Positions 1 to 10,364 of a stretch of DNA of 64,000 nucleotides are shown piece after piece (within the stretch, counting starts at the first letter, position 1; each line of letters begins with the position of its first letter). Location of the stretch: positions 4,352,001 through 4,416,000 of the forward strand of contig OY970194.1 in the NCBI GenBank assembly GCA_963708075.1, in the 5' to 3' direction. The notes beneath the pieces were generated by a model. That model ran no database searches. It saw only the letters and a list, made by a program, of their open reading frames with translations, and was not told the origin of the DNA. A program made the position numbers and the translations under genes. This DNA comes from Sedimentisphaerales bacterium. GTDB taxonomy: Bacteria > Planctomycetota > Phycisphaerae > Sedimentisphaerales > Anaerobacaceae.

Positions 1-55
1 CTGCCCGCGCAGGCCGTTCTAGAGCGATGCATCGGCCTTAGATACCCGGGCGGAT

Positions 56-3000
56 TCACGCACAGGTCTTCCTCAGCTTCCAGCCCGCAACACCAAGGCC
101 CAGGAAACCTAACAGACAAGCGCCTGGAACGGGGACAACGTTCTCGGCCTGGACGTACAGTCCCCCGCCCTGTTGAAACACGTCGAATTGGAAGCCCGCA
201 GGACCCCCGAAGAACTCATAGGAGAACAAGGACGTGGACAGAAACTCGGGGTTGCCTTCCACACTCAGGAATAGCAGCGCCAGACTCTGCCCGGGATCGA
301 TATCCGCGAAAATGTCGTAGCCCGGGAGGAAGGAGAAGTGGACATCGCCGCCCGCCGGCAAAAGACTTGTGGCCGACATAAGACCTGTGGCCTCTGCGCT
401 GCTGGTCAGGGTGCCCGTGATGCTGAGGGAATCGAAGAACCCCGTGGTGAATCCACCGATCTCGATCTCCAAAATGCCGGAATTCAACTGAACGAAATCG
501 CCGGTGAGGGTGGTGTTGGCGAAATTCCCCAGGCCCCCGGGCGAGAGGATTCCGGAATTGGTCAAGGTGCCGCCCGCGCCCAGGTCGATGGTGAGTCCCG
601 AGTCGAACCTTGCGCCGGAATAGTTATGGAAGGCGTTGGTCCCACCGCCTGACTCAACCGTGCCGGCAACTGTGCCGTAGTTGTGAATGGTTCGATTGCC
701 GCTGCCTCCGACGATCGCTTTGCCGCTCAGGGCGGAAATACTGCCCCCGGCCGCGTTGGTCAGGGTGTTGTTGGCTCCGCCATCGATATTGACGCCCGCG
801 CCGTCGGCCGAGCCACCCTGGACGATGCCGCCGTTGTTGATGGTGATATTTCCATTGCCGCCCCCACCCACGCTTTGAGCATAGATGCCATGGGACTTCG
901 CGCCATAGGCCCTGATGTCGCCGGCCAGCGTGACGGTGACCGGCCCGGCCGCACCAGTACCTGCGGCGCTCTGGGCGAAGATGCCATGGGACATCTCGCC
1001 GGTTGTCGTGATGGCGCCTGTGTTCGTGTTCGTGACGCTGACCGCGCCCGCCGAGCCGCTGCCACCGGCGCTACCGGCAAAGGCTGTGCCAAAGCCCGCG
1101 TTCTCCACGAAGACACCTGTGGCTTGGAGGTTGAGGTCCAGTTCGCTGGTGCCGCCGCTCTCACTGATTCCCCCGAATCCGCCCCCGCCGCCGATGCTCT
1201 GGGCGAGGATCCCGTGTGCGAACCCGCCGTGAGTGACGATGTCGGCACTGTTCTCCACCGTGACCGCATCGCCATTGCCGGCGCCGGCACTGGCCCCCTT
1301 CAACAACGTGGAGGATTGCTCCCCACCGGCCAGAACAAGTGAGGACGTGGCTATGGACCCGTTGGTTCCGCCGCCTCCCCCGATGCTCTGCGCCAGGATT
1401 CCGTTGGCGAAATGGCCCCCGGTGGTGATGTCGCCGCCGTTGCTGTTGGTCACGGTGACAACGCCACCCGCTCCCCCCAGGCCACCGAGGCCACCCAAGG
1501 AAAAGCTGCCGCCGGAAAAATCAAAGTCCACTGACGTGTCAGGGATCGCTGTGATGTCAAGGGTCATGAGGCTGCCGCCGGCCCCGCCGCCGCCGCCCAC
1601 ACTCTGCGCCAGGATGCCGTTGGCGAAATGGCCCGCCGTAGTGATGGCGCCGCCGTTGGATACGTCGACGCCGCCACCTGCTCCCCCATTACTACCGAAC
1701 CCGCCGACCGCCAGAGTGATCGAAGGATCGATGGCGGAGAGGAGACCCAGCGATGGAACCCCGCTCAACTCGGTGGCGATTTTCGTGCGCTCGCCGCCGG
1801 CCCCGCCCCCGCCGCCAATGCTCTGCGCCAGGATTCCGCTGGCGAAATGGCCCACCGTAGTGATGCCGGCGCTATTGTCCACGGTAACTCCGCCACCGGC
1901 TCCCCCCTTACCGCCAAACCCACCGACCGAGATGTCCCACGAAGCGGTCGTAGGGGCGAGAAGCTCTCCCACAAGATCCGCACTCAGGTCCGTGGTCATC
2001 TTCGTACTGTCACCGCCGGTCCCGCCGCCGCCACCTACGCTCTGCGCCAGAATTCCGTTGGCAAAGGCGCCCTCCGTGACGATAGCACCGGAGTTGTGGA
2101 CGATAACAGAGCCGCCGTTGTTGGGTATGGAGGATCCACCCGTGTAGGCGAAGCCGCCCACCGAAACATCGGCCTCCACGCCTATGCTGGGCAGCGGATT
2201 GAGACTAAGTCCGAAGGTCTCTTCCGTGCTGTTACCGGCGGCCCCGCCGCCGCCGCCCACGCTCTGGGCCAGGATCCCATTCGCGAAGTCGCCCTTCGTG
2301 CTGATAGCGCCCGTGCTATCGACGTCCACCAGTCCGCCGGCCCCCCCGGCGGAGCTTGCGCCCCCAACTCCGACAGTGATCGTCGCCGCACGAGGCATGA
2401 GGTCCTCCGGGCTGATGCCCGTCGGGACATCGATGGCGGCCATCAAAAAGCTGCTGTTGCCCCCGGCCCCGCCGCCGCCCCCGATGCTCTGGGCCAGAAT
2501 CCCGTGCGAAAAATCGCCTTGGGTCTCAATGACGCCGTCGCTGTCCACATCGACATCAGCCCCGTTGCCCGCGACGCCGGCTTTGCCGCCCAGGGCTACG
2601 TTTGCCACAATGTCGGTACCGAAGGCGAGGAGGCCCGCCATGCTGCTTCCCCCATCACCGCCGCCGCCGCCCACACTCTGCGCCAGGATGCCATAGGAAC
2701 GGAGCGCAGCGGTGCTGATGTCGCCTGTGCTCAGAATGGTGACCTTGTCGGCGCTGCCACCGGAGCCGCCGCTGGCGCCCATGGTCAGCCCGGCGGTGAG
2801 GGTCGGCATGTTTGTCAGGCCCAAGCCAAGATTAGCGGTCCATGTAACAGCGTTTCCCCCGGAACCGCCGCCGCCCCCGACGCTCTGGCCGTGGAGCCCG
2901 TGGGCATTCTCCCCCAGCGTAGTGACCTGGGCGTTGCTCGTGAGGTTGACAGTACCGCCATCACCGCCGTCGCCGCCCTGCCCGCCCAGCGCCACATTGA

Positions 3001-5376
3001 CCGTGTAGTCCACTCCACCGGTGTAGCTGACGACACTGCCGCCGTTGCCGCCGCCACCACCGATGCTCTGAGCGAAGAGGCCCTCGGCCTCGTTCCCCTG
3101 CGTGGTGATGGTGCTGTTGCTGGTGACGTTGACAGCGCCACCGTTGCCGCCCGCGCCGCCATTGCTGCCGATCGCGACACCGACGAAGAGTTGCTTGCTC
3201 TCGACGATTTTGCCCGTGCCACCTCCTCCGCCCACGCTCTGGGCGTGGATTCCGTATGAGCCAACACCTTCGGTGCTGATCGTAGCGGTGGCTCCGGTGA
3301 TAACGTTGACCTGGCCGCCGTCACCGCCACCCCCGCTGGCGCCCACCAGCCAGTCGAGCCAGTCAGGCAAGCCAGCGGCCTCGGCAACGATGTCGGCTTC
3401 ACTGGCGGAAACGGTAAGTTCTTCGACAACGGGAGTAGCAAAACCCGTGAAAGACCAGCCACTGCGTCCGCCGCCGCCGCCGAGACTTTGAGCGAGGATG
3501 CCGCTGGCATCGTCACCGGAAGTCTGCAGATGGCCGCCGTTGTTGACTGTGACTGTGCTGCTGCTGCCGCCGGCGCCACCACTGCCCCCGATGGACCCAA
3601 AGAAGTCTACGTTGATACTGCCGGCGCCTTCGAGGATCCCGCCCCCGCCGCCGAGACTCTGGGCGAAGATGCTGTCCGAGCTGTGGCCGGTCGTCGTGAT
3701 TTGCCCGTCGTTGATGACGGTAACGACGCCGCCATTGCCGCTGCTGTTTCCGCTGCCCCCGAGGGCCACAAGCCCGGTGGAAATACCACCAGATCCGCCG
3801 CCGCCGCCGATGCTCTGAGCCGCAAGCCCCAGGGCGTCGACGCCGAAAGTCTGAAGCGCGCCCGTGTTTGTGACCGTGACGGTACCCCCGTTGCCCGCCG
3901 CGGAACCCGTGCCCCCCACGCTAACTCCCCCCGAGGCGTAGCCTGCATCGCCGCCGCCGCCGCCGATGCTCTGGGCCAATATACTGAAGGAGCCGGCGCC
4001 TGTCGCCGTGATGGCTCCGCTGTTTTCCACCGTGACGAGTACGCCGTTACCGCTGCTTGTTCCGCTGCCGCCCCAACCGACCACACCACTGCCGGAGCCA
4101 CCAGTACCGCCGAAGCCCCCTACGCTCTGGGCGAGAATGCCGCGCGTAGCCAAACCGGTAGCCGTGATAGTCGCGGTATTCTCGATATCTACGGTGCCGG
4201 CTGAACCACCGCCCAGAGCGTTGCCTCCCACGCCGACTACACTGCTGCCGGACCCACCATTGCCGCCGATACCGCCGAGGCTCTGCCCGAGGATCCCGGC
4301 GGTGAAACCCTGGGTCTGACTACCGTCCATGGTGCTGGTGATTGTGATGCTACCATGATTGTCGATGTCCACCGGACCAGCGGCGCCCCCCGACCGCCGT
4401 CACCGCCCTTGCCATAAGAAAGGACGGAAACGCCGGAACCGCCATCCCCGCCGGTGCCGCCGCTGCTCCCGGCGGCGACCCCGAACGTGAAAATACCGTC
4501 GGCCTGGATGCTGCCGTCGTTGGTGACAATCACCGTGCCGCCATCGCCCCCGGCTCCACCCTGACCGCCGTAGGCGTTGCCACCCGTGTGGGCTGAGCCA
4601 CCGACGCCGCCATTACCGCCCCCACTTGTGGCGAGGATGCCGGCAGAAAACACACCGCCGGTGTTGATATGGCCGTCATTGTGGACAGTCACCGGGCGAC
4701 CCGAGCCGCCGGCCCCGCCCGCGCCGCCGGTGGCCGCTATCGCAGCGTCGGTCGCGCCGCCGGCGCCGCCGGTGCCGCCCGCACTCACAGCCCAGATGCC
4801 CAGAGCAAAAAAGCCGCCGGTGGCGTGGATGCCGCCGTTGCTGGTGACAGTCACCGGCATACCCAAGCCCCCGTACCCGCCTGCACCACCCCAGGCCGAC
4901 GCAAGGCCCGAGTTGGCGTAGCCGCCGGCGCCGCCGGTGCCGCCCTCGCTCCGTGCGTAGATACCGCCGGCAACTATGCCAGACGAGAAGATCTCAAACT
5001 CGCCGCCGGTGAAGTTTACGGTGGGACCCACCAATGTCGACCCGATCACTTCACCGCCGAGACCACCCGCACCACCATTCCCACCGCGAGCGTTGAACAT
5101 ATTACGCGATTCGGGGCCAGCCGCGCCGTCACCGGCCTCGCGCACTAGTGCGATGCCGAAATCATCGGCGATTGTTCCGATGTTCGTGGTAAGATCGTAG
5201 ACGTTAACCGTGTAGATCGGCGGACAGGAAAAATCGAAGCCGCTACGAATGCCGCCGGATTGATCGCCGGAGAAGTAAGCTACCGATCCGCTCACAGAAG
5301 TAGGCCCGCCGAACGCCTGCGGGCTCACGGCCAGAAGGATAGTCAGCGATGCGACGAGGTGTTTCTGCAACCTCAT
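56..5376 (-). CDS. Giant Gly-rich repeat surface protein (autotransporter-passenger-like repeats) with signal peptide and PEP-CTERM-like tail; one frameshift at a G6 run (4386-4391)
   Basis: ORFs 4237-5394 and 56-4372 join if G6 becomes G7 (GGRGGAAGPVDIDN). The N-terminus MRLQKHLVASLTILLAVSPQAFG is signal-like. Many GILAQS(I/V)GGGGG repeats. C-terminus VPVPGACLLGFLGLGVAGWKLRK. Confidence 0.8.
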
Positions 5377-5625
5377 GATTCTCACCTTCCCCAAAGATCC
5401 CGGAACTTACCAATCGCCAACTTGGCGTTACGGAACGCGCCCGCTCAGAGGCGACGGAATCCGCACGCACACCGCACCATCCTGGGATGAGATCGCTGAG
5501 GGAGAAAAGGGAAAGAGCCCTTCTCCCTGGATCGAACGTCAGATAGTACTGGGGGGCCTCCTCCCTGGGGCCTCTCTCCGGGACGCATGCCGACTACCTA
5601 TACCCACCACCGTCCCATAATTATA

Positions 5626-5653
5626 AGTCTACAGGCAGGCAGTGGGATGTCAA
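5626..5653 (-). promoter_or_regulatory. Putative sigma70 promoter of the surface-protein gene
   Basis: Minus strand TTGACA-16 nt-TAGACT, with TATAAT immediately downstream. Confidence 0.5.
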
Positions 5654-5744
5654 CAGAATTGCCCCGAGAAGAGAGGGAAAGGGTGCGGTCGGCATTCGGT
5701 GGCAGATTCGGATTCCACCCGACGCAAGAGCGCAGCCCAGTCTT

Positions 5745-6025
5745 CTTTCGCCCCTGCGGGGCTTTGAGATAGGATTGACTATCGTACCCACCGTTGAAAC
5801 GGTGGGCTAGTGTCGATCGCCCCCGTGGGGCGGACGGGCCGACGCAAGAGGACTGGAGCGAAGTCCAAGCCCGCAGGGCGATAGAGAATAGCCTTCAATT
5901 TGACAGGACCACAAAGCTCAGCCATGGCGCAGTCCAAGCCCGCAGGGCGATAGAGAATAGCCCAGCGATTGATCGCTGGGGAACCGGGGCCGAGGACAAA
6001 AGCCAGTCCCGTAAGGGACGAAAGA
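5745..6025. repeat. Cluster of REP-like multi-hairpin elements: two inverted ~90-bp units plus a 32-bp direct duplication
   Basis: Hairpins CCCACCGTTGAAACGGTGGG and CCCAGCGATTGATCGCTGGG. AGTCCAAGCCCGCAGGGCGATAGAGAATAGCC at 5862-5893 and 5931-5962. Confidence 0.75.
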
Positions 6026-6138
6026 GGCGCAGTCCGCACACGGCGGCTACACGCCGCCACCGAATTCCGACCACACCCGAGGGAAATGGGCAAGTATCTC
6101 CGTGGCCACCGGGGTCTGCGATGTCGCGACCCGGACAC

Positions 6139-7536
6139 TTACTGAGGTAATCCCTTCAGTTGGACCGGTTTACGGCCGTCGGGCTTGGGGACGAACATGT
6201 CGGCGGCGGTCAGGCCGAGACGCCTGGCCATGAGCCGGCTGTAGGCCAGGTCGCCCAAGTCGTCTCTGCCGCCGTTGTTCGTGCCGAAGGAGAACTTGGC
6301 GCCGGCCGCTTTGGCCTTGCGGAGGAACTTCTCGCTGGGCAGCTTGTACCGGGCGTTGATCTCGATAGCGACGCCGCTCCTCACAGCCGCCTCGATCACG
6401 CGGTCCATCCGCGCATCGGTCCAGAGTGTGTCGTATTCCTTCGCGATTACCTCCGGCAGAAACGTCGGGTTGACGTAGATGTCGATCGGCTCATTGTTCA
6501 GAATGCCGACGGTCTTCTCGACCAGCATGTCCATGAACGCCTGCTTGTCGCCGACCTCGACCTCGTTGGCAATCCACAGGCGGACGCGCTTGCCTCGCTG
6601 GTCGGTGAAGGTCATCGAGTCCGTGAAGACGTAATCGAATTTCGCGATCATCTCCGGCGAGAACATCTTCACCCACTCGCGGCCCTCCGCCTGCATCGCC
6701 TTGTACACGGGCTTGCCCTCGAAGCCGGCGAGGGCCTGCTGCAGCGCCTGGTCGTTGGTGGTCGGGAATCCGACGCCGCAATTGACGGCGACGCCGGCCC
6801 CAATGGCGTGCTCCTTCGCGAACTTCGCAATATCATCGATGGTCAGGCCGCCCTTGGCGTGAAGATGGTAATCCACGATAGGAAACAGCGGCTTGACGCG
6901 GATATTCTTGTAGTACACGATGCTGTTGCGGTCGTGGCCCTGCAGGGCGAACGTCCCGCTGTCGATCACGCGGCCGGGCATGTCCGACGGCGGATTCGCC
7001 GGCTGCGTCTCCGTCCAGTCCACCACCTGCTTGTCATTCACGTTGACCACGACGTGCCTGCCCTGGACGATGACGTGCATGGTGAACCACTCGTTGTCTT
7101 TCACAGGCGACGGGTTGACGTCCTGCATCTTGTACAGGCTGCCGGTCTTGCGGGGATCGCGCTTGTAGCTGTCATTGCACACCTGGACCTCGAAGCCCCT
7201 GGCGGGCCAGTTCCGGTCCTGGTATTGCGTATGAAAGTAGATGCCACCATTGGAGTTCTCCTCGGCCATCACATCGACTTTCAGCTCGAAGTCCCGAAAG
7301 TCGCCGTAATACACCGGCCCAACGTAGAACAGATGGTTCCGCGGTCCGTGCGCGACAATCGCCCCATCTTTGATGGTAAACGTGCCGGCATTCTCTTTCT
7401 CCGCCGCCTTCCAGCCATTGAAGCTCCCGTCGAACAGACTGATCCACCCCTGATCATCGGTCTGCGCCTGTATGGGAATCACGAGAGTGAGCATGACGAC
7501 CCCGATCCAAATCACCAGTGACATCTTCGCTGTCAT
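6139..7536 (-). CDS. Secreted DUF1080 (3-keto-glycoside hydrolase-like) domain fused to a PHP-like TIM-barrel domain
   Basis: Signal peptide. DUF1080 motifs GWISLFDG, NSNGGIYFH, FEVQV, ALQGHD, YYKNIRVKPL. PHP-like motifs DYHLH, EINAR, FSFGTN. Confidence 0.8.
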   Translation of the reverse strand: MTAKMSLVIWIGVVMLTLVIPIQAQTDDQGWISLFDGSFNGWKAAEKENAGTFTIKDGAIVAHGPRNHLFYVGPVYYGDFRDFELKVDVMAEENSNGGIYFHTQYQDRNWPARGFEVQVCNDSYKRDPRKTGSLYKMQDVNPSPVKDNEWFTMHVIVQGRHVVVNVNDKQVVDWTETQPANPPSDMPGRVIDSGTFALQGHDRNSIVYYKNIRVKPLFPIVDYHLHAKGGLTIDDIAKFAKEHAIGAGVAVNCGVGFPTTNDQALQQALAGFEGKPVYKAMQAEGREWVKMFSPEMIAKFDYVFTDSMTFTDQRGKRVRLWIANEVEVGDKQAFMDMLVEKTVGILNNEPIDIYVNPTFLPEVIAKEYDTLWTDARMDRVIEAAVRSGVAIEINARYKLPSEKFLRKAKAAGAKFSFGTNNGGRDDLGDLAYSRLMARRLGLTAADMFVPKPDGRKPVQLKGLPQ

Positions 7537-7924
7537 CGTATGATCTCCTTCCGTAGTGACAGAGCCAAGTCAACGAATCCGATGCTCCACGATCAGGCCT
7601 TTCCCTTTCCGCGCCCGCGGGCAAAGGAAACGGCTCTCCTGCCGCGTCCTTTTTGCTGCGTCCGGGCGTTGGCGGCGTTGGCGCGCACGTCATAGCCGGA
7701 CAGTGCCGTTTTCTTCTTGCGATTCTCTTTAGCCATGGGAGCCTCCCACCTGTTCGTCAGGAGCACATTCGAGACATATCGCGCGTTTCATGGGCAGCAA
7801 TTATCCTCCCTCGGGGGAGAGAATGCAACCCTGATTGAGGACGTGCAACGGGTGGCAACGAGAGGCCAAAGTGCCTTTCGCTGCCACCCGTCAGTGTTTG
7901 CGGAACTTCTACACGAGTTCTATG

Positions 7925-9208
7925 TCATGCTTCTTTGCCCGGGATGGCGGGGACGTCGTCCTTCGGGGCGACCACTTCGCCCTTTTCGAAATCCTCTGCC
8001 GTGGGTTTGAGCGTCAGGTTGTACCACGGAGACTTCTCGTTCTCGACGATGTCCTTCCACACGACCATCTTGCCGGTGTAGGCCGAGATGCGGCTCATGA
8101 TCGCGGTGAGCGTGGACTCCGCGACGTTGCGGGCCTCGTTGAGGGGCTTTTCCTGCATGATGCTGGTGAGCAGGTCGATGTGCTCCTGCACGTAGGGGTC
8201 GCGGTCGGGGAACTGGGGCACGGCGATTTCCTTGCCGCCCTTGAGGCCGCCCCCGCCGCCGGTCTCGCCCTCGGTGCCGCGGAAGAACTCGCGGACATCG
8301 CCGTCGGTGCCGTTGATCTGACGGCACATGCTATGGATGTGGCAGCCGTCGGTGTAATCCAGATCGACGCTGAAGAAGTCGAACTGATTTCCGGTCTTGC
8401 GGCGTGCACGGCCGCCGAAGCCGAGCGCCCGGGCGGGCGGATGGCCGACGTACCAGTTGGCGATATCGATGTTGTGGACATGCTGCTCGACGATGTGGTC
8501 GCCGGACATTTCCGTGAAGCTGACCCAGTTGCGAATCATGTAGTCGGCGTCGCTCTCATTGGGCTTCTTCGTCTGATACCAGAGAGCGCCGCCGCACCAC
8601 CAGATGGCCCCGCCGGCGATTTTTCCGATGGCGCCGCGCTCCACGGCATACTGGGTTCTGAGATAGCCTGCCTCGTGCCGGCGCTGTGTGCCGGCGACGA
8701 CGGCCAGCCCCTTCTGCTTGGCCGCTTCACCGGCGGCGATGACCCTCCGGCCTCCCGGCGGGTCCACAGCCACGGGCTTCTCCATGAACACGTGCTTGCC
8801 CGCGTTGATGGCCGCCTCGAAATGCACCGGCCGGAAATTCGGCGAGGTGGCAATAAGGATCACGTCGGCGTCGGTTTCCAGCAGCTTCTTGTAGGCGGTG
8901 GCTCCGCTGAAACACTTGGCCGCCGGCAAATTGTATCTCTTGCCGGTTCCTTCGGCCCTATCCTTGAACCAATCGGCGGTCCCGACCAGCTCCAACTCCA
9001 CGTCCATGATCTTGGCGCCCGCCATGCAGTTGTCCAGGGCGCCGTTTCCCCGGCCGCCGCAGCCGATCAGGCCGACCCGGAACTTGCGTTTCGCCTGCCC
9101 GGCAAACATCACGTTCTTGCCGGCCAGCACTGCCGCCATGCCCGCTGCTGACGTCTTGATGAAATCCCTACGAGAGACACCGGGTTTCTCAGTTGATCTC
9201 TGCTTCAT
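7925..9208 (-). CDS. TAT-exported Gfo/Idh/MocA family oxidoreductase
   Basis: SRRDFIK TAT motif; GLIGCGGRG; EKPVA; EQHVHNID. Confidence 0.9.
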   Translation of the reverse strand: MKQRSTEKPGVSRRDFIKTSAAGMAAVLAGKNVMFAGQAKRKFRVGLIGCGGRGNGALDNCMAGAKIMDVELELVGTADWFKDRAEGTGKRYNLPAAKCFSGATAYKKLLETDADVILIATSPNFRPVHFEAAINAGKHVFMEKPVAVDPPGGRRVIAAGEAAKQKGLAVVAGTQRRHEAGYLRTQYAVERGAIGKIAGGAIWWCGGALWYQTKKPNESDADYMIRNWVSFTEMSGDHIVEQHVHNIDIANWYVGHPPARALGFGGRARRKTGNQFDFFSVDLDYTDGCHIHSMCRQINGTDGDVREFFRGTEGETGGGGGLKGGKEIAVPQFPDRDPYVQEHIDLLTSIMQEKPLNEARNVAESTLTAIMSRISAYTGKMVVWKDIVENEKSPWYNLTLKPTAEDFEKGEVVAPKDDVPAIPGKEA

Positions 9209-9244
9209 GGGTCATTCCTTTCCAAAGAGTTCCGACAAATGCTT

Positions 9245-10207
9245 TCAGACGGCGAAGTCATCGCAGGCCCGATAGGCCTCGATCACCGCCCGTTCGCCCT
9301 CCTTGCCTCGAATGCTCTTGCCGTGCTCCATGCACAGCACACCCTGATAGCCCTTCTTGTGCAGATGTTTGAAGATGTTCTTATAATTGATCTCGCCGGT
9401 GCCCGGCTCGTTGCGGCCGGGATTGTCCCCCAGGTGGAACGCGGCGATCTCGCTCCAGGCCTTGTCGATGTTCGGGATCAGATTGCCCTCGGTGATCTGC
9501 TGGTGGTACAGGTCATTGACGATCTTGCAGGATGGACTGTTGACCGCCCGGCAGATTTCGTAGGCCTGAGGGATCTTCTGCAGGAACAGGCCCGGATGGT
9601 TGGCCCACCAATTCAGCGGCTCGATGACAATGACCATGCTCGCCGGCTCGGCGACCTCGACGCACCGGCGCAGGTTGTCGATCAGGTTGGCCGTCTGGTA
9701 GTCCCACTCCATTCGCTGGCTGCACAGACCCGGGGCGATGAGCGCCCACTTGGCGTTGGCCCGCTTGCAGGTCTCCACGGCCTGTTTCGTCCGCTCGACA
9801 ATGTCCTTGCGTGCCTCCTCGTCCTGCGTCACCAGCGTGGCCTTGCCGAACTCGGCGTACATGACGAACGGTCCGATCATAATGCCCAGCCGGTCCGCCT
9901 CCTTGCCGATCTTCTCCTGCAGTTCCGGGGGCTTGCCCATCAGCCCGTTATCGAACATGCCGGTGAAACCCTCGTCGGCCATGAACTTCAGGTTGTCGAT
10001 GGGGTCGTTGCCGGCATGCTGACGGAATGCACCCAGGTCGGGTCCATATCTGAGCTTGAACTTCTTGGGCGACTTGTCCGCCTCGCCGGCCCCGGCCACG
10101 GATTGCACGGCAGAGACTGCCATCGCTGCTGCGGCGGCCCCGGAAAGAAAATGGCGGCGGGAAACGCGTTCCATGCGCCGCTCAGAGGATTCCTGCTGAT
10201 TCTTCAT
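9245..10207 (-). CDS. TAT-exported TIM-barrel sugar-phosphate/hydroxypyruvate isomerase-like protein
   Basis: SRRHFL TAT motif; EPLN, DLYHQQITEG, DNPGRNEPGTGEINY, MEH motifs. Confidence 0.88.
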   Translation of the reverse strand: MKNQQESSERRMERVSRRHFLSGAAAAAMAVSAVQSVAGAGEADKSPKKFKLRYGPDLGAFRQHAGNDPIDNLKFMADEGFTGMFDNGLMGKPPELQEKIGKEADRLGIMIGPFVMYAEFGKATLVTQDEEARKDIVERTKQAVETCKRANAKWALIAPGLCSQRMEWDYQTANLIDNLRRCVEVAEPASMVIVIEPLNWWANHPGLFLQKIPQAYEICRAVNSPSCKIVNDLYHQQITEGNLIPNIDKAWSEIAAFHLGDNPGRNEPGTGEINYKNIFKHLHKKGYQGVLCMEHGKSIRGKEGERAVIEAYRACDDFAV

Positions 10208-10292
10208 TTAGTGCTCCTATGATCTGTTCCTGAATTGCTCCACTCCTCCATGCGTCTCAACACGAGCTCTGGCTGCTCCCGCCATCAAAGAT

Positions 10293-10331
10293 CGCCGTTC
10301 GGCGCACCCGACTCGGACGCGCCGAACAGCG
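10293..10331. other. Intergenic GC-rich stem-loop
   Basis: GTTCGGCGC...GCGCCGAAC inverted repeat just downstream of the stop at 10365; no U-tract. Confidence 0.4.
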
Positions 10332-10364
10332 TCACAGGCACGATTGACAGCCCGCCTCAGGCGG

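Noticed and set aside
1233..3259. Long + strand ORFs (304 and 543 aa) and similar long antisense ORFs such as 56732-58849 and 31489-33270
   Set aside because: Shadows of GC-rich genes on the opposite strand with no recognisable motifs.
5862..5962. 32-bp repeat / 37-bp spacer / 32-bp repeat resembling a mini-CRISPR
   Set aside because: Only two copies, no cas genes or leader, and the repeat is the start of a larger REP-like unit.
5779..6150. 119-aa and 118-aa ORFs with an internal peptide repeat (AILYRPAGLD)
   Set aside because: Translation of the REP-like repeats; no RBS or domain evidence.
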